44,769 nucleotides of DNA from Candidatus Omnitrophota bacterium (GCA_042570305.1 JBHPGP010000006.1:4242-49010); one strand, 5' to 3'. Numbered from the stretch's first letter, positions 16,062 to 26,454 are shown. Made by a program: numbers and translations. Notes: generated by a model not told the origin, from the letters alone.

Positions 16062-16830
16062 ATACTGCTAACCCCTTGTCTTTTAAATAAGCCTTTGCCT
16101 GCCCGATGGTAATCTCACCGAAATGGAATACCGATGCGCAGAGAACCGCTGCCGCGCCTGCTTTCACCACTGCATCATAAAGATGCTCCAACCTCCCTGC
16201 TCCGCCTGAAGCTGTTACCGGAATAGAGACTGCCTCAGCCACTGCCTTAGTCATCTCTAAATCATAACCTGCTTTTGTTCCGTCAGCGTCCTTGCTGGTC
16301 AGGAGAATTTCGCCTGCGCCTTGCTCCTCTACTCTCCTTGACCATTCTACGATATCCATTCCCGTGGCCTGGTTTCCGCCGTTTATCAAAACCTCAAGAA
16401 GAGGTAAATTGCCGCCGGAAGGATTCTTCCTGCCGTCTATGGCAACTACAATCCTCTCCTTACCGAATTTCTCAGATGCCTGCTTAATCAAATCTGGATT
16501 CTTAACCGCAGCCGTATTTATGGAAACCTTGCTTACGCCCAGGTCGAACAAGGCCTGCATATCCTCAAGATTCCTGATGCCTCCGCCCACCACAAAGGGA
16601 ACAGTAACCACATCCGCAACCCTCTTCACCCACTCCAATCTAGTCGGTCTGGATTCCACTGAAGCGGCGATATCCAGGAAAGCCAGCTCATCCGCGCCCT
16701 CCTTACAGTAGCATTGAGCTGCCTCAACCGGATCACGGGCGTCTCTGAGATTGACGAACTTTATTCCCTTGACTACGCGTGCTTCTTTGATATCCAGACA
16801 GGGTATGATTTTGATTGGCTGTATTGGCAT
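16045..16830 (-). CDS. hisF: Imidazole glycerol phosphate synthase cyclase subunit
   Basis: IIPCLD, VVKG, GADELAFLDI, VGGGI, GAGEILLTS.D.DGT, ASGGAG, ASVFH. Confidence 0.95.
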   Translation of the reverse strand: MPIQPIKIIPCLDIKEARVVKGIKFVNLRDARDPVEAAQCYCKEGADELAFLDIAASVESRPTRLEWVKRVADVVTVPFVVGGGIRNLEDMQALFDLGVSKVSINTAAVKNPDLIKQASEKFGKERIVVAIDGRKNPSGGNLPLLEVLINGGNQATGMDIVEWSRRVEEQGAGEILLTSKDADGTKAGYDLEMTKAVAEAVSIPVTASGGAGRLEHLYDAVVKAGAAAVLCASVFHFGEITIGQAKAYLKDKGLAVYEKRL

Positions 16831-16861
16831 GTGCTTAAAGATTAGGCAATTCTTTGTTCAG

Positions 16862-16906
16862 AAAAAAGGCGTCAATGTAGTTTTGCTACAAAGACGCCCT
16901 TGTCTT
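16862..16906 (-). promoter_or_regulatory. Leader terminator overlapped by an ANTAR-type hairpin
   Basis: Minus strand: AAGAC-AAGGGC-GTCTT (hexaloop A1/G4) overlaps the 5' arm of terminator GGCGTC..TGTAG-CAAAA-CTACA..GACGCC-T6; adjacent gene encodes an ANTAR protein. Confidence 0.75.
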
Positions 16907-16918
16907 AGCAGATGATTA

Positions 16919-16947
16919 ATCATAACACAACTCTAATGCTTGGTCAA
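16919..16947 (-). promoter_or_regulatory. sigma70 promoter of the hisF-carB operon
   Basis: TTGACC-17bp-TATGAT with TG extension. Confidence 0.75.
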
Positions 16948-17054
16948 CACTTTCGTATACTTTTGGTTAAGCTTCGCATAGTCAGGTGTTGATACTGAGG
17001 AGAATACGTTACAAAACTATATTCGACGAATGTATCAAGAAATTCTACAAAACT

Positions 17055-17768
17055 TCAGTCTAATTCGTTAGCCAGGATAATCGCCTCGGCTATCTCGCGC
17101 ATTGTCCGGCGGGTATTCATTGCCTGTTTCTGAATCTTTTTATAGGCCTCGTCTTCTGAAATACCCTGTGATTCCATTAAAATCCCTTTTGCCCGCTCCA
17201 CAAATTTGCGCGTCTTCAGCTCCTCCTCAATCATCTTGGATTTCAGCATCAGGTTTGCGTTTTCAATCACCACCGCCGCCTGGTTGGCAACCGTAGTCAG
17301 GATATCTATTTCCTCTTTGCTAAATTTGTGTTTCTGCGAGGTATAGCTATTCAACACGCCTATCACCCTGTCCTTGACACAAAGGGGAACCGAGAGCAAA
17401 GAACAGAGGTTCTCTTTCCTGGCGATATCCCGGTTCATATAGCGGTTGTCCTGTTTTACATCCAGGACGGCAATTGGCTTGTTTTCTTTTGCCACTAATC
17501 CCGCGATACCGATTCCCAATTTAATGTTCGGCTTCCTGTTATATGCCTCGCTTACGCTCTGCGTTGCCCGTATAACCAGCTCTGCCCTCTCCTCATCCAA
17601 GAGAAGTAAAGAGCAAATCTTGGAGTTCATTACCTCGGCAGTCACCAGCACAATCAGCTTAAGGATGTCCTCGATATACAGACTAGAGGTAATCGTTTGG
17701 CTGACCTTGGAAAGGGCGGCAATCTTCTTCTTATATAAGTTGTCTTTTACGCTTCTCTTTGCAGTCAT
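17055..17768 (-). CDS. GAF-ANTAR RNA-binding antiterminator
   Basis: GAF (GIAGLVA, SLLSVPL, VIGVLN, ANQAAVVIENA) plus ANTAR (RKFVERAKGILM...SEDEAY..IQ..AM..R..M.EIAEAI). Confidence 0.92.
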   Translation of the reverse strand: MTAKRSVKDNLYKKKIAALSKVSQTITSSLYIEDILKLIVLVTAEVMNSKICSLLLLDEERAELVIRATQSVSEAYNRKPNIKLGIGIAGLVAKENKPIAVLDVKQDNRYMNRDIARKENLCSLLSVPLCVKDRVIGVLNSYTSQKHKFSKEEIDILTTVANQAAVVIENANLMLKSKMIEEELKTRKFVERAKGILMESQGISEDEAYKKIQKQAMNTRRTMREIAEAIILANELD

Positions 17769-17781
17769 TTTCAGGCAGGAC

Positions 17782-18198
17782 TTATTCCGCGCTATCCGCT
17801 TCCTGCTCTTCTACCCTGATATTTAAAGCTACGGCGTTTCCTCCCGGCTCAAGTAGATAATCTATTGCCACTACGTTACCAACAGCAATCTCATCCAGGA
17901 AGCCGGCGTTCTCGTACTGCGTAGCCGCGTCAACAAGTATGGAAATCTCCTTTTCTTCTTCGGTCGTATTGTCCATATAAGATACGCTTAAGCTGCTGCC
18001 TTCCAAATCTACGGCAACTACATCACCCAGAAGCCATTCTTCGGTCACAAATTCCTCCTCGGGCTCTTCTATCATCATTTCCTCGGAAGTTATCATTGGC
18101 TCTTCGGAGCCCGTGATTGCCTCTTGAGAAAAAGCCTGCGCCGTAACAAAAGCCAAAATTATTACTGCCAATAGCATAACCAATTCATTGCTCCTCAT
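17782..18198 (-). CDS. Secreted acidic hypothetical protein
   Basis: Signal peptide ending AFS; Glu-rich; GGAGG RBS. Confidence 0.7.
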   Translation of the reverse strand: MRSNELVMLLAVIILAFVTAQAFSQEAITGSEEPMITSEEMMIEEPEEEFVTEEWLLGDVVAVDLEGSSLSVSYMDNTTEEEKEISILVDAATQYENAGFLDEIAVGNVVAIDYLLEPGGNAVALNIRVEEQEADSAE

Positions 18199-18237
18199 AC
18201 CTGCACCTCCTGTTTATCGGGTTTAGCCGTAACTCCA

Positions 18238-18266
18238 ATTTTACCACAGACTTCCTAAGAAGCCAA
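18238..18266 (-). promoter_or_regulatory. Probable sigma70 promoter for 18198 and the GAF-ANTAR gene
   Basis: TTGGCT-17bp-TAAAAT with TG extension. Confidence 0.5.
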
Positions 18267-18296
18267 TTCAAATCCTCCCAACCCCCCTTACCCCCT

Positions 18297-19898
18297 CTAC
18301 CTCAATTCACCAAGCAGCTTTTGCGCATAAGGATGCTGAGGGTAAATCTCCAGTATTTTTTTTATTTCTTTTCTTGCCTCTGCAAATCTTTTCTGAGAAA
18401 AATATATCCCCAGCAAATTTTCATGGGCCAGCAGGTAATCCTGGTCTGCCTTGATAGAGTCTTTATATAATCTCTCTGCCTCTGCGGCATTGCCTTTTCT
18501 CTTATATATAACCCCCAGGTTATTCAATGCATGGGCGTATGTGGGTAAAATTTCTAAAGAGCTGCGAAAATACTGCTCTGCCCTTGCAAAATCTCCTTTC
18601 CTGAAATATTCAACACCGGCATTGTTATGGGCGCGAAAACTATACTTGGTTGAACTGATTATATCCAGGTACATCTTAAGGGGTTTGTGCCAATCGAGGT
18701 TGCGCAGCACTGTCGACGCGCCCAAAACAATCATCACGGTAACCAGAATGGCATTGATAAAAATTCTCACCCTGGCTATAGACCAAAGCCGCAGAATACC
18801 TGCTGAAACAAGCAGGAAAAAACCTCCGGAAGCCAGGTACAGATAATGCTCGGAAATTACATTGTTTATGGGTATGGTGCCGGACACAGGTAAAAGACCG
18901 AGCAGAAACCAGCTTGCGCCAAAAATAATACTTTTATTCTTTCTGCCGGCGTAGAAAACAAATCCTGCCAGTAAAAGCAGTGATAGCAATGCAAGCCATG
19001 CTCCTGGGTCCAGGCGCGATAAGACAACCGGCCGGTCATACTCCATATGCAGGCCTACCGGCCAGAAAAACAGCTTAAGATATATTATGCCTGCCTTAGC
19101 CTGCACAAGCAGGCGTATGATTAAATCCCTGCTGAATGGCTCGGCTTGAGCGCCCTGGGTAAGCAGGTTGATCTTTAAAAAATTAAGCAGCGTAGAGCGC
19201 GCGGCTACGTAAGCAGTAAATATTGCTCCAAATCCTGCCAGGGGCATAAATCTTCTTATCTGCGAGCTGCCGGCTGCCTGCTTTGGGTTATCTTTAATGA
19301 TACACTCGTAAGCCAAAATAAATAACGGCAAAATCAATCCCATTTCCTTAGACAATATACAAAGGATATAGGCAAAGAGCGAACCGGCAAGAAAATATCT
19401 CTTTCCTCGCTGCCTGTAAGAAACATACAGGCAAAATGCAATCATAAAGAAAAATAACATCGAAAGGTCTGTGCGGTTGGAAACATAGTTTACTGCTTCG
19501 CTGTTTACCGGGTGTACTAAAAAGAATGCCGCGCTTAAAAAGCTTAAAGAAGGCTTGTGAAAGATTTGATTTAAAAGCAGGAATAAAAGGATGCCGCTGG
19601 CAAGGTGCAGAATCACATTGCTTAAATGATAGCCAAAAGGCTCAAGCTGCCAGAAATGGTAATCCAGGGCAAAGGACAGCGTGGCCAGAGGCCGGTAAAA
19701 GTTAAGGGTTTCTCCGCTGCCGCTGTGGTAAGAGCTTAGGAATATATCCTTCAGGTAAACAAAGGGCTGGCGGATAAAGATGTTGTTAATTACCGTTACT
19801 TCATCGTCCCAGAACAATACGCCCCAGAGGCTGTTTAGGTATACGCAGAAACCTAAAATCAATAACAGGATTATACCGAAGATTATTCGCCTATTCAT
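18297..19898 (-). CDS. TMTC-like GT-C glycosyltransferase with C-terminal TPRs
   Basis: FWDD, YRPL, YHLSNVILH, HPVNSEAV, SKE, multiple TM helices, TPR repeats. Confidence 0.85.
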   Translation of the reverse strand: MNRRIIFGIILLLILGFCVYLNSLWGVLFWDDEVTVINNIFIRQPFVYLKDIFLSSYHSGSGETLNFYRPLATLSFALDYHFWQLEPFGYHLSNVILHLASGILLFLLLNQIFHKPSLSFLSAAFFLVHPVNSEAVNYVSNRTDLSMLFFFMIAFCLYVSYRQRGKRYFLAGSLFAYILCILSKEMGLILPLFILAYECIIKDNPKQAAGSSQIRRFMPLAGFGAIFTAYVAARSTLLNFLKINLLTQGAQAEPFSRDLIIRLLVQAKAGIIYLKLFFWPVGLHMEYDRPVVLSRLDPGAWLALLSLLLLAGFVFYAGRKNKSIIFGASWFLLGLLPVSGTIPINNVISEHYLYLASGGFFLLVSAGILRLWSIARVRIFINAILVTVMIVLGASTVLRNLDWHKPLKMYLDIISSTKYSFRAHNNAGVEYFRKGDFARAEQYFRSSLEILPTYAHALNNLGVIYKRKGNAAEAERLYKDSIKADQDYLLAHENLLGIYFSQKRFAEARKEIKKILEIYPQHPYAQKLLGELR

Positions 19899-19906
19899 AA
19901 ATTAAC

Positions 19907-22102
19907 CTATATATGCAGGCTGTTGCGCCAGGCATTATCTATCTCTTCCAGCGGCAGGTCTATGTATGAGGTAACTTTCAGCCTCTTTGTTTTTGTGGTC
20001 CGGCCGATGACTCTCAGGGGGATTTTATATTTCCCTGCAGCCTCTTTTATGCTGACGAGATTAGTCTCGGCAGCCGAGATAATTACTCGTGACTGCGTTT
20101 CGCCGAACAACAACGCATCCTGTCTGATCCCTTCAGGCAGGCTGTCAATCTGAGCTCCCAGCATTGCCTCTTGATTTGTAATGCAACACTCGCTCAGCGC
20201 AACTGCCAGGCCGCCGTCAGAACAGTCGTGCGCAGAGTTAACCAGGCCCTGCTGAATCAGCGTAAGTACGCACTTTTGCAAGGCTGCCTCCGCTTCCAGG
20301 CTGAGCCCAGGAATCCTTCCGCAGACTTTACGGTGTATTACCTTCAGGTATTCGCTGCCGCCTAACTCCTGGCGGCACTCGCCAAGAAGAATTACCAGGT
20401 TCCCTTCCTGCTTAAAACACTGGTCGGTTATCCTGTTGATATCCTTGACTACACCAAGCATTCCGATGGTAGGCGTCGGATAAATTGCTCCCTTGGGATT
20501 CTCATTATAAAAAGAAACGTTTCCGCTTACCACGGACACATTAAAGCATTCGCAGGCGTAAATAATGCCTTCCAGGCAGGACTTGAACTGCCAAAAACGG
20601 TCTGGCTTCTGGGGATTGCCGAAATTCAGGCAATCGGTAATCGCTGCGGGCTGAGCCCCTACGCAGACCAGATTCCTTGCTGCCTCGGCTACCGTAATCT
20701 GGGCGCCGCGATAGGGATCAAGAAAACAATACCTGCCGTTACAATCAGTAGTTACCGCCAACCCCGTATTAGAGCCCTTTAATCTCAATACGGCGCTGTC
20801 TCCCTTACCAGGCAACACTACGGTGTTGGTCTGGACCATGTGGTCATATTGCTCGTAAACCCAGGATTTATTGGCAATGGAAGGGGAACTTAATATTTTC
20901 AAAAGTGCCTGATTATAGTCTTCGGGCTGGCTAACCGCGCCGATATCCAGTTTTTCCAGGCTGCTTATGTATTCGGGCTCCTCGTAAGGCATATCATACA
21001 TCGGCGGGCTGGTTAATGCCTCGGCAGGCACGCAGGCAACAGTTTTGCCCTTATCTTTTATCCTCACCAGATTATCATCGCTGACCCTGCCGATTACCAT
21101 TGCGTTCAGTCCCCATTTTGAGAAAATCTTCTCAATTGCCTTTTCCTTGCCCTTTTTCACGCAGAGCAGCATCCTCTCCTGGGATTCAGACATCATCAGT
21201 TCCCAGGGAAGCATATTCTCCTCCCTCCTGGGCACGTCTTTCAAATCTATGGTTATGCCTACTCCTCCGCTTGCGGCCATTTCGCTGGTTGAGCAGGTAA
21301 GGCCTGCAGCTCCCATATCCTTAATCCCTGTTACAAACCCCGTGTCAATTGCCTCCAAGGTCGCCTCAATCAGGCATTTCTCCATAAAGGGGTCTCCAAT
21401 CTGTACGGTCGGCCTCTTTTCCTCGTTTTCTCCGAATTCCGCCGAAGCCAGAACGCTACAGCCGCCTATACCGTCCCTGCCGGTTGAGGCACCCGCATAA
21501 ATAATCGCGTTGCCTTTGCCCTTTGCCTGCGCGCGCATCAGTTTATCCTTCTTTGCCACACCCACGCACATTACGTTTACCAGGCAGTTTCCCGTATAGG
21601 CATCCTCAAAGTAAATCTCGCCCCCCACGGTAGGCACGCCTACGCAATTTCCGTAAAACTGGATTCCGTCAACTACCCCCTTTAACAAATAGCGGTTATA
21701 GGAATTATCCAGCAGGCCAAAACGCAGGGAATCAAGCAGGGCAATCGGCCGCGCTCCGGCAGTAAATATATCCCGCAGTATTCCCCCGATACCGGTAGCA
21801 GCCCCCTGCTTTGGCTCTACCTGTGAGGGATGGTTGTGGCTTTCCATCTTAAAAACAACTGCCCAGTCATCGACAATGATGCCTCCGGAATCTTCCCCGA
21901 TCAGCGTCTTAAAAATACCTTTTTGGGGCAATAACTTCAGCCACCTGCGCGAGCAAAGGTAACCGCAATGCTCTGACCACTCTACGGAAAACATCGCTAA
22001 TTCCGTAAGGGTTGGCGTACGCGCCAGAATCTTGGTGATTCGCTGATAAAGCTCGTCAGTCAAACCCAAAGACGTATAAACCTCTCGAGTTATTTCAACC
22101 AT
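19907..22102 (-). CDS. purL: Phosphoribosylformylglycinamidine synthase subunit PurL
   Basis: [42 protein letters not shown]. Confidence 0.97.
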   Translation of the reverse strand: MVEITREVYTSLGLTDELYQRITKILARTPTLTELAMFSVEWSEHCGYLCSRRWLKLLPQKGIFKTLIGEDSGGIIVDDWAVVFKMESHNHPSQVEPKQGAATGIGGILRDIFTAGARPIALLDSLRFGLLDNSYNRYLLKGVVDGIQFYGNCVGVPTVGGEIYFEDAYTGNCLVNVMCVGVAKKDKLMRAQAKGKGNAIIYAGASTGRDGIGGCSVLASAEFGENEEKRPTVQIGDPFMEKCLIEATLEAIDTGFVTGIKDMGAAGLTCSTSEMAASGGVGITIDLKDVPRREENMLPWELMMSESQERMLLCVKKGKEKAIEKIFSKWGLNAMVIGRVSDDNLVRIKDKGKTVACVPAEALTSPPMYDMPYEEPEYISSLEKLDIGAVSQPEDYNQALLKILSSPSIANKSWVYEQYDHMVQTNTVVLPGKGDSAVLRLKGSNTGLAVTTDCNGRYCFLDPYRGAQITVAEAARNLVCVGAQPAAITDCLNFGNPQKPDRFWQFKSCLEGIIYACECFNVSVVSGNVSFYNENPKGAIYPTPTIGMLGVVKDINRITDQCFKQEGNLVILLGECRQELGGSEYLKVIHRKVCGRIPGLSLEAEAALQKCVLTLIQQGLVNSAHDCSDGGLAVALSECCITNQEAMLGAQIDSLPEGIRQDALLFGETQSRVIISAAETNLVSIKEAAGKYKIPLRVIGRTTKTKRLKVTSYIDLPLEEIDNAWRNSLHI

Positions 22103-22779
22103 TCTTTTATGGAGCGGAAAATCAGCAGCCCGTCATCTGAGCCTAAGATCTTTTCACTTGAGCGCTCAGGGTGCGGCATCAGCCCGAAAACATTGCCGCT
22201 TTGGTTAATTATTCCTGCGATATTATCCATTGCCCCGTTTGGATTAGCAGCCTGATTGACCCTGCCCTTGCTATCAGTATAGCGTAAGACAATCTGCTGG
22301 TTATCCCTCAAGCGCTTAAGCCCATCAGGGTCAATATAAAAGTTGCCTTCATGGTGGGCAATCGGCATGGAAAGCACCTGCCCCGCCTGATAAAGCCGGG
22401 TAAATGGTGCCCGGTTATTCTCTACTCTCAGTAAGGTACTACGACAGATAAAATGCAAATTTTTGTTAGGGAGCATTGCTCCGGGCAGTAAACCCACCTC
22501 AAGCAATATCTGGAATCCGTTACAAATCCCCAGGACCAGGCCGCCCTTTCCGGCGAACTCTACTATTGCATTCATTACCTTGGAAAAACGCGAGATTGCC
22601 CCCGGTCTTAAATAATCTCCGTAACTAAACCCTCCGGGCAGGATAATACAGTCGAAACCGGAAAGGTTAGTCTCTTCGTGCCAGACATAGCTTGCCTTCT
22701 CTCCCAGCACGTGCTTAACCGCCCAAAAACAATCCTGGTCGCAATTCGAACCAGGAAATATTACGATGCCGAATCTCAT
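22090..22779 (-). CDS. purQ: FGAM synthase glutaminase subunit PurQ (triad intact)
   Basis: [29 protein letters not shown]. Confidence 0.97.
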   Translation of the reverse strand: MRFGIVIFPGSNCDQDCFWAVKHVLGEKASYVWHEETNLSGFDCIILPGGFSYGDYLRPGAISRFSKVMNAIVEFAGKGGLVLGICNGFQILLEVGLLPGAMLPNKNLHFICRSTLLRVENNRAPFTRLYQAGQVLSMPIAHHEGNFYIDPDGLKRLRDNQQIVLRYTDSKGRVNQAANPNGAMDNIAGIINQSGNVFGLMPHPERSSEKILGSDDGLLIFRSIKEWLK

Positions 22780-23033
22780 TAAGTTTTACTCTCGCTTATC
22801 CGCAGGCGATAATCCTCGATTATCGGATTGGTCAGGAGCTTCTTGCACATCGCCTGTATTTCCTTTTCTGCCTTTGCCTTGTCCTTCAGATTAAGTTTCA
22901 AACTGATCAGCTTGCCGCAACGCACTTCGCTTAAGTCTAGAAACCCGAGCGACTCCAGGGCATGCTTGATTACCAGCCCTTGCGGGTCCACCACTGTCTT
23001 CTTTAGGGTAACGTAAACCTCTGCCTCCAGCAT
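22779..23033 (-). CDS. purS: FGAM synthase subunit PurS
   Basis: [14 protein letters not shown]; adjacent to purQL. Confidence 0.95.
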   Translation of the reverse strand: MLEAEVYVTLKKTVVDPQGLVIKHALESLGFLDLSEVRCGKLISLKLNLKDKAKAEKEIQAMCKKLLTNPIIEDYRLRISESKT

Positions 23034-23035
23034 AA

Positions 23036-23512
23036 TTATTTCTCCTCTTGCTTTTCCTGCTTCTGGGGAGGGCTAAGCCTCTGCTTTACCAAATCACTGA
23101 CTGTCTTGCCGCCTGCCCGGGAGGCAACCCTTACGATTACCTCCTTCATCACCCTGCCCATATCCTTTGGTTCCTTCGCCTTTAGCTCGCCGATGACTTC
23201 GTCGATAATCCCCCTAAGCTCGTCAATGCCGAGGTCAGCAGGCAAATATGACTTCAATATCTCCAGTTCCTGCTTTTCTTTGGCAACCAGGTCATCTCTG
23301 CCGCCCTGCTTAAACTGTTCTATGGAATCCTGGTGCTGCTTGACTGATTTCTTTATCACTGCAATTACCTCTTTATCCTCCAGGGTTTTCTTCTGCAATT
23401 GTATTGCCTGGTTCATCAGGCTTGAACGCAGGAAACTTAAGGTAGATGATTTTAGCTTGTCCTTATCCTTCATTGACTGCTTGTAATCATTAAGTATTTT
23501 TTCCTCTAACAT
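23036..23512 (-). CDS. GatB/YqeY-domain protein
   Basis: KQHQDSIEQF..GGR.DL..KE..E...L..YLP, DMGRVMK; ATG 23512 with AAGGAG RBS. Confidence 0.9.
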   Translation of the reverse strand: MLEEKILNDYKQSMKDKDKLKSSTLSFLRSSLMNQAIQLQKKTLEDKEVIAVIKKSVKQHQDSIEQFKQGGRDDLVAKEKQELEILKSYLPADLGIDELRGIIDEVIGELKAKEPKDMGRVMKEVIVRVASRAGGKTVSDLVKQRLSPPQKQEKQEEK

Positions 23513-23601
23513 GGCAATCTCCTTAAATGAGCCCCCTCTTTGTAAGAAGCTGCGGGATAACCCGGACAAATAACTTAGCCCGCTCCTTGAGCTTCGCTAA
23601 G

Positions 23602-24351
23602 TTATGTCCTCGTTAAGATAAGCCCCAAAATTGAGGCCGGGACAAGATAGTAACCGAAATAATGCAGCTTTAGCTCCTTTACCATACGCCTCAAAATGAA
23701 AAGTCCCGCCAGGCCAAAGAAAAAGCTGGCCCCAAAACTAAACCAGAAGTGCCCCGGATGTTTAAAGGCAAAATCGATTGCCTTTGCCTCAAAGAGAAAA
23801 GAGCCGAGGATTGCCGGAATCCCGGCTAAAAACGAAAATTTAAACGCTGCCTCAGGCTGCACTCCCCTGACTAAAAGGCTGACGATGGTAATGCCTGAGC
23901 GGGAAAGCCCGGGCATAATCGCAAACCCCTGACTGATGCCCAGCCAAAAGGCGTCTTTGAAATTCAAGGCATTTATATCCCTTCCCTCTTTTTTGCACCT
24001 TTGGCTGAAGATCAAAATAACGGCGGTAACTAATAATGCCGAACAGACAAAAGCCGGCTGCCAGAATAGCCCTTCGAAGAATCCCCTGCCGATTAGAGCG
24101 AATGCTGCGGTAATCACTGTAACTAAAAGAATCTGCCCGATCAATACCAGGTCACCAAGCAACCGCCGGATGTCGCGGGCAAAAAAACAAAACAGGGAAA
24201 AGAGCGTGCCCAGATGACAGATAATTACTATCGGCAGTATCTGAGCCTTGTCAATATTGAAGATGTGGCTGAATAAAACCAGGTGCCCGGATGAGCTGAC
24301 TGGTAGAAACTCGGTTAACCCCTGAACCACCCCTAATACGGCGTATCGCAT
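23602..24351 (-). CDS. uppP: Undecaprenyl-diphosphate phosphatase
   Basis: QGLTEFLPVSSSGHL, PGLSRSGIT. Confidence 0.95.
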   Translation of the reverse strand: MRYAVLGVVQGLTEFLPVSSSGHLVLFSHIFNIDKAQILPIVIICHLGTLFSLFCFFARDIRRLLGDLVLIGQILLVTVITAAFALIGRGFFEGLFWQPAFVCSALLVTAVILIFSQRCKKEGRDINALNFKDAFWLGISQGFAIMPGLSRSGITIVSLLVRGVQPEAAFKFSFLAGIPAILGSFLFEAKAIDFAFKHPGHFWFSFGASFFFGLAGLFILRRMVKELKLHYFGYYLVPASILGLILTRT

Positions 24352-24365
24352 ATAAAAACTATTCT

Positions 24366-24749
24366 CTAAAACGCGGAGAAGACTTGCTCTGCCAGGTATT
24401 CCCTGGTGTCTTGCGCAGGGCTGCTAATGGCAATTTCGGTTTTGCCCGTATCAATCTCTCTGAAAAATACCCCTGCGGGTGTGGTATCGCTTGAACTGAT
24501 GTAAACCGCAATCAAATCGCTCCTTCTTGCGTATATGTAACTGCCAATGGCAAACAGCCTTTCTTCAACCGTTTTATAACATCTGGGGTATTCGCAATCC
24601 ACGATCCTGACTATTGCTTCATTTCTGGCTTCTTCAATCTCACGGGTTGAGACCCCCAGAAACCCCCTTGCCCCTTGTTTTAAACTGGAGCAACCTGCCG
24701 CAGCCAGAATACAACAACCCAGTAATCCCGCAAACAATATTCTTCTCAT
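24366..24749 (-). CDS. Lipoprotein of unknown function
   Basis: AAGC lipobox. Confidence 0.7.
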   Translation of the reverse strand: MRRILFAGLLGCCILAAAGCSSLKQGARGFLGVSTREIEEARNEAIVRIVDCEYPRCYKTVEERLFAIGSYIYARRSDLIAVYISSSDTTPAGVFFREIDTGKTEIAISSPAQDTREYLAEQVFSAF

Positions 24750-24786
24750 GCTTTATCTCCCGCTTAAACAGCCGTCTGCCCTGTTT

Positions 24787-25134
24787 TCACTCTCCGCCCT
24801 GGCTTAAATATTTCTCCAATATTGCCCAGGTTTTAGGACCGACCCTACCGTCGGCTTGAAGATTATTTTCGGCCTGGAATTCACGGATTGCCTGTTTGCT
24901 CATCGGACCGATATCGCCGTCAATCTCCCCCTGATAGAAGCCGGCATTACGCAAAGCCGTCTGGATATCTTTATTTGTTGGTTTATAAGTCAGGGGGAGC
25001 TTTGGGATTTGCGGCAGGGTAAGCTCGGTAGAGGTAAATTCCTTGACCTCCTGTGCTTCCTCTTGTCTACGACCACAACCGACTAAGAGGCAAAGCAGAA
25101 ACGGCAAACAAACAATGACTAACCTGGCGGCCAT
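24787..25134 (-). CDS. Lipoprotein with peptidoglycan-binding (PG_binding_1) domain
   Basis: LVGC lipobox; IQTAL..AGFY.G.IDG..GP....AI..FQ....L.ADG.VGPKTW. Confidence 0.85.
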   Translation of the reverse strand: MAARLVIVCLPFLLCLLVGCGRRQEEAQEVKEFTSTELTLPQIPKLPLTYKPTNKDIQTALRNAGFYQGEIDGDIGPMSKQAIREFQAENNLQADGRVGPKTWAILEKYLSQGGE

Positions 25135-25148
25135 AGGTTATTTCTCTT

Positions 25149-25757
25149 TTATGACTTAAGCACTGACTTGCGCAGACAACGGGGGCATTGAATACTAATC
25201 CGGTCAGCACGCAGAAACTCTTCTCTTTCCGGCCCAAGCGTTGGCCCTTCGGATGCAAGATTCAGATTCTTTAAATAAAGGAGCATCAGGCGGGGGTTGG
25301 AAAATGACAGCGGGCCTAATCTTTTTGCTACCCAGAGAATCTGATCATAGGGAGCGATTATCTCTCCGCAGTCACGACAGACAACCAGCTCTTTCTCAAT
25401 CTCTTGTTTTAGTTCATCCCTCTTCTCGGTTGTGGAAAAGTCAAACTTCTGAGTGAGGGCTATTCCCTTCTCGGTTAAGCAATTTGCCTGGCACTGCCCG
25501 CAGAAAATACAAATATCCCAGCGTATTACTAAAATCCTTTTACCGCCCTCATCCTTCATGCTTAATGCCCCGCTGGGACAAACCTGTACGCATGCACCGC
25601 AACCAACACATTCCTCCTTATCGAACTCAGGCCTGCCCCGGAAGCGCGGGAAAGGCACGTGCGGCTCCTTGGGGAACCTGCCTGTGTAGGGCCCTGTAAT
25701 CAACGCCCTGACTGCTTCTTTTAAGATTCTAAATTGGAAAAGGCTGGGTAATTTCAT
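25149..25757 (-). CDS. NuoI/MbhN-like 2x[4Fe-4S] hydrogenase subunit
   Basis: FRGRP, CVGCGACVQVCP, CIFCGQCQANC, plus extra CxxC pairs. Confidence 0.88.
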   Translation of the reverse strand: MKLPSLFQFRILKEAVRALITGPYTGRFPKEPHVPFPRFRGRPEFDKEECVGCGACVQVCPSGALSMKDEGGKRILVIRWDICIFCGQCQANCLTEKGIALTQKFDFSTTEKRDELKQEIEKELVVCRDCGEIIAPYDQILWVAKRLGPLSFSNPRLMLLYLKNLNLASEGPTLGPEREEFLRADRISIQCPRCLRKSVLKS

Positions 25758-25775
25758 TTCTCAGGAACTAATAAA

Positions 25776-26098
25776 TTACTTTTTATCCTCTGCGTACTTA
25801 TCACACACGCTCTTCTCCCAGAGTTTTACCCCTGCCTTATGCGCCCCGCGTGCCAATGCATGGGCGGCAACCGGAGAAGTCAAAACAATAAATATTATAC
25901 ACAAAACTGCCTTTATGCCTGCGGCAGAAAAACCCTTAAATAAAAATAGGCCAAAGAGAATACTGCAGGTGCCCAGGGTAACTGATTTAGTTGCTGCCTG
26001 CAGCCTATTATAGACATCAGGAAATCTAACCAGGCCCAGGCACCCAAAAAAATCAAAACCAATTCCGATGATGATAAAGATATTTGCGATTAACTCAT
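25776..26098 (-). CDS. MrpG/MnhG-like antiporter subunit
   Basis: GLVRFPDVYNRLQAATK, TSPVAAHALARGA; ATGA-coupled start at 26098. Confidence 0.9.
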
Positions 26099-26454
26099 TC
26101 ATCGAAGTTCCTGCCTTCCAGATATTTAGCCAAAGCCAGTGTCGAGATAAAGCTCTGTAGCGCCCAGGCAATTCCTATATCAATATACCAGTCTCTACCT
26201 GTGTGAATTCCCAATATAGCGCAAAAACCCAGAATCAGAATACCCAGGATATCAATAGCCACAATTCTATCCGCTGCAGTAGGACCTCTTAAGATGCGCC
26301 AGAGGCAGAGGAAGGCGCATAACATGAGGACATTAAACACCCTGCCCAGTAAAGGAGACTGCCATTCCAGCAGCGAAGCAAGTGGATGCATAATACTCAT
26401 CCACAAAATAGCCAGAATAATTATTAATCCTATAAACCAGCGTATCTTTTTCAT
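26095..26454 (-). CDS. MrpF/MnhF-like antiporter subunit
   Basis: RGPTAADRIVAID, FISTLALAKYL; start moved to ATG 26454. Confidence 0.88.
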   Translation of the reverse strand: MKKIRWFIGLIIILAILWMSIMHPLASLLEWQSPLLGRVFNVLMLCAFLCLWRILRGPTAADRIVAIDILGILILGFCAILGIHTGRDWYIDIGIAWALQSFISTLALAKYLEGRNFDE

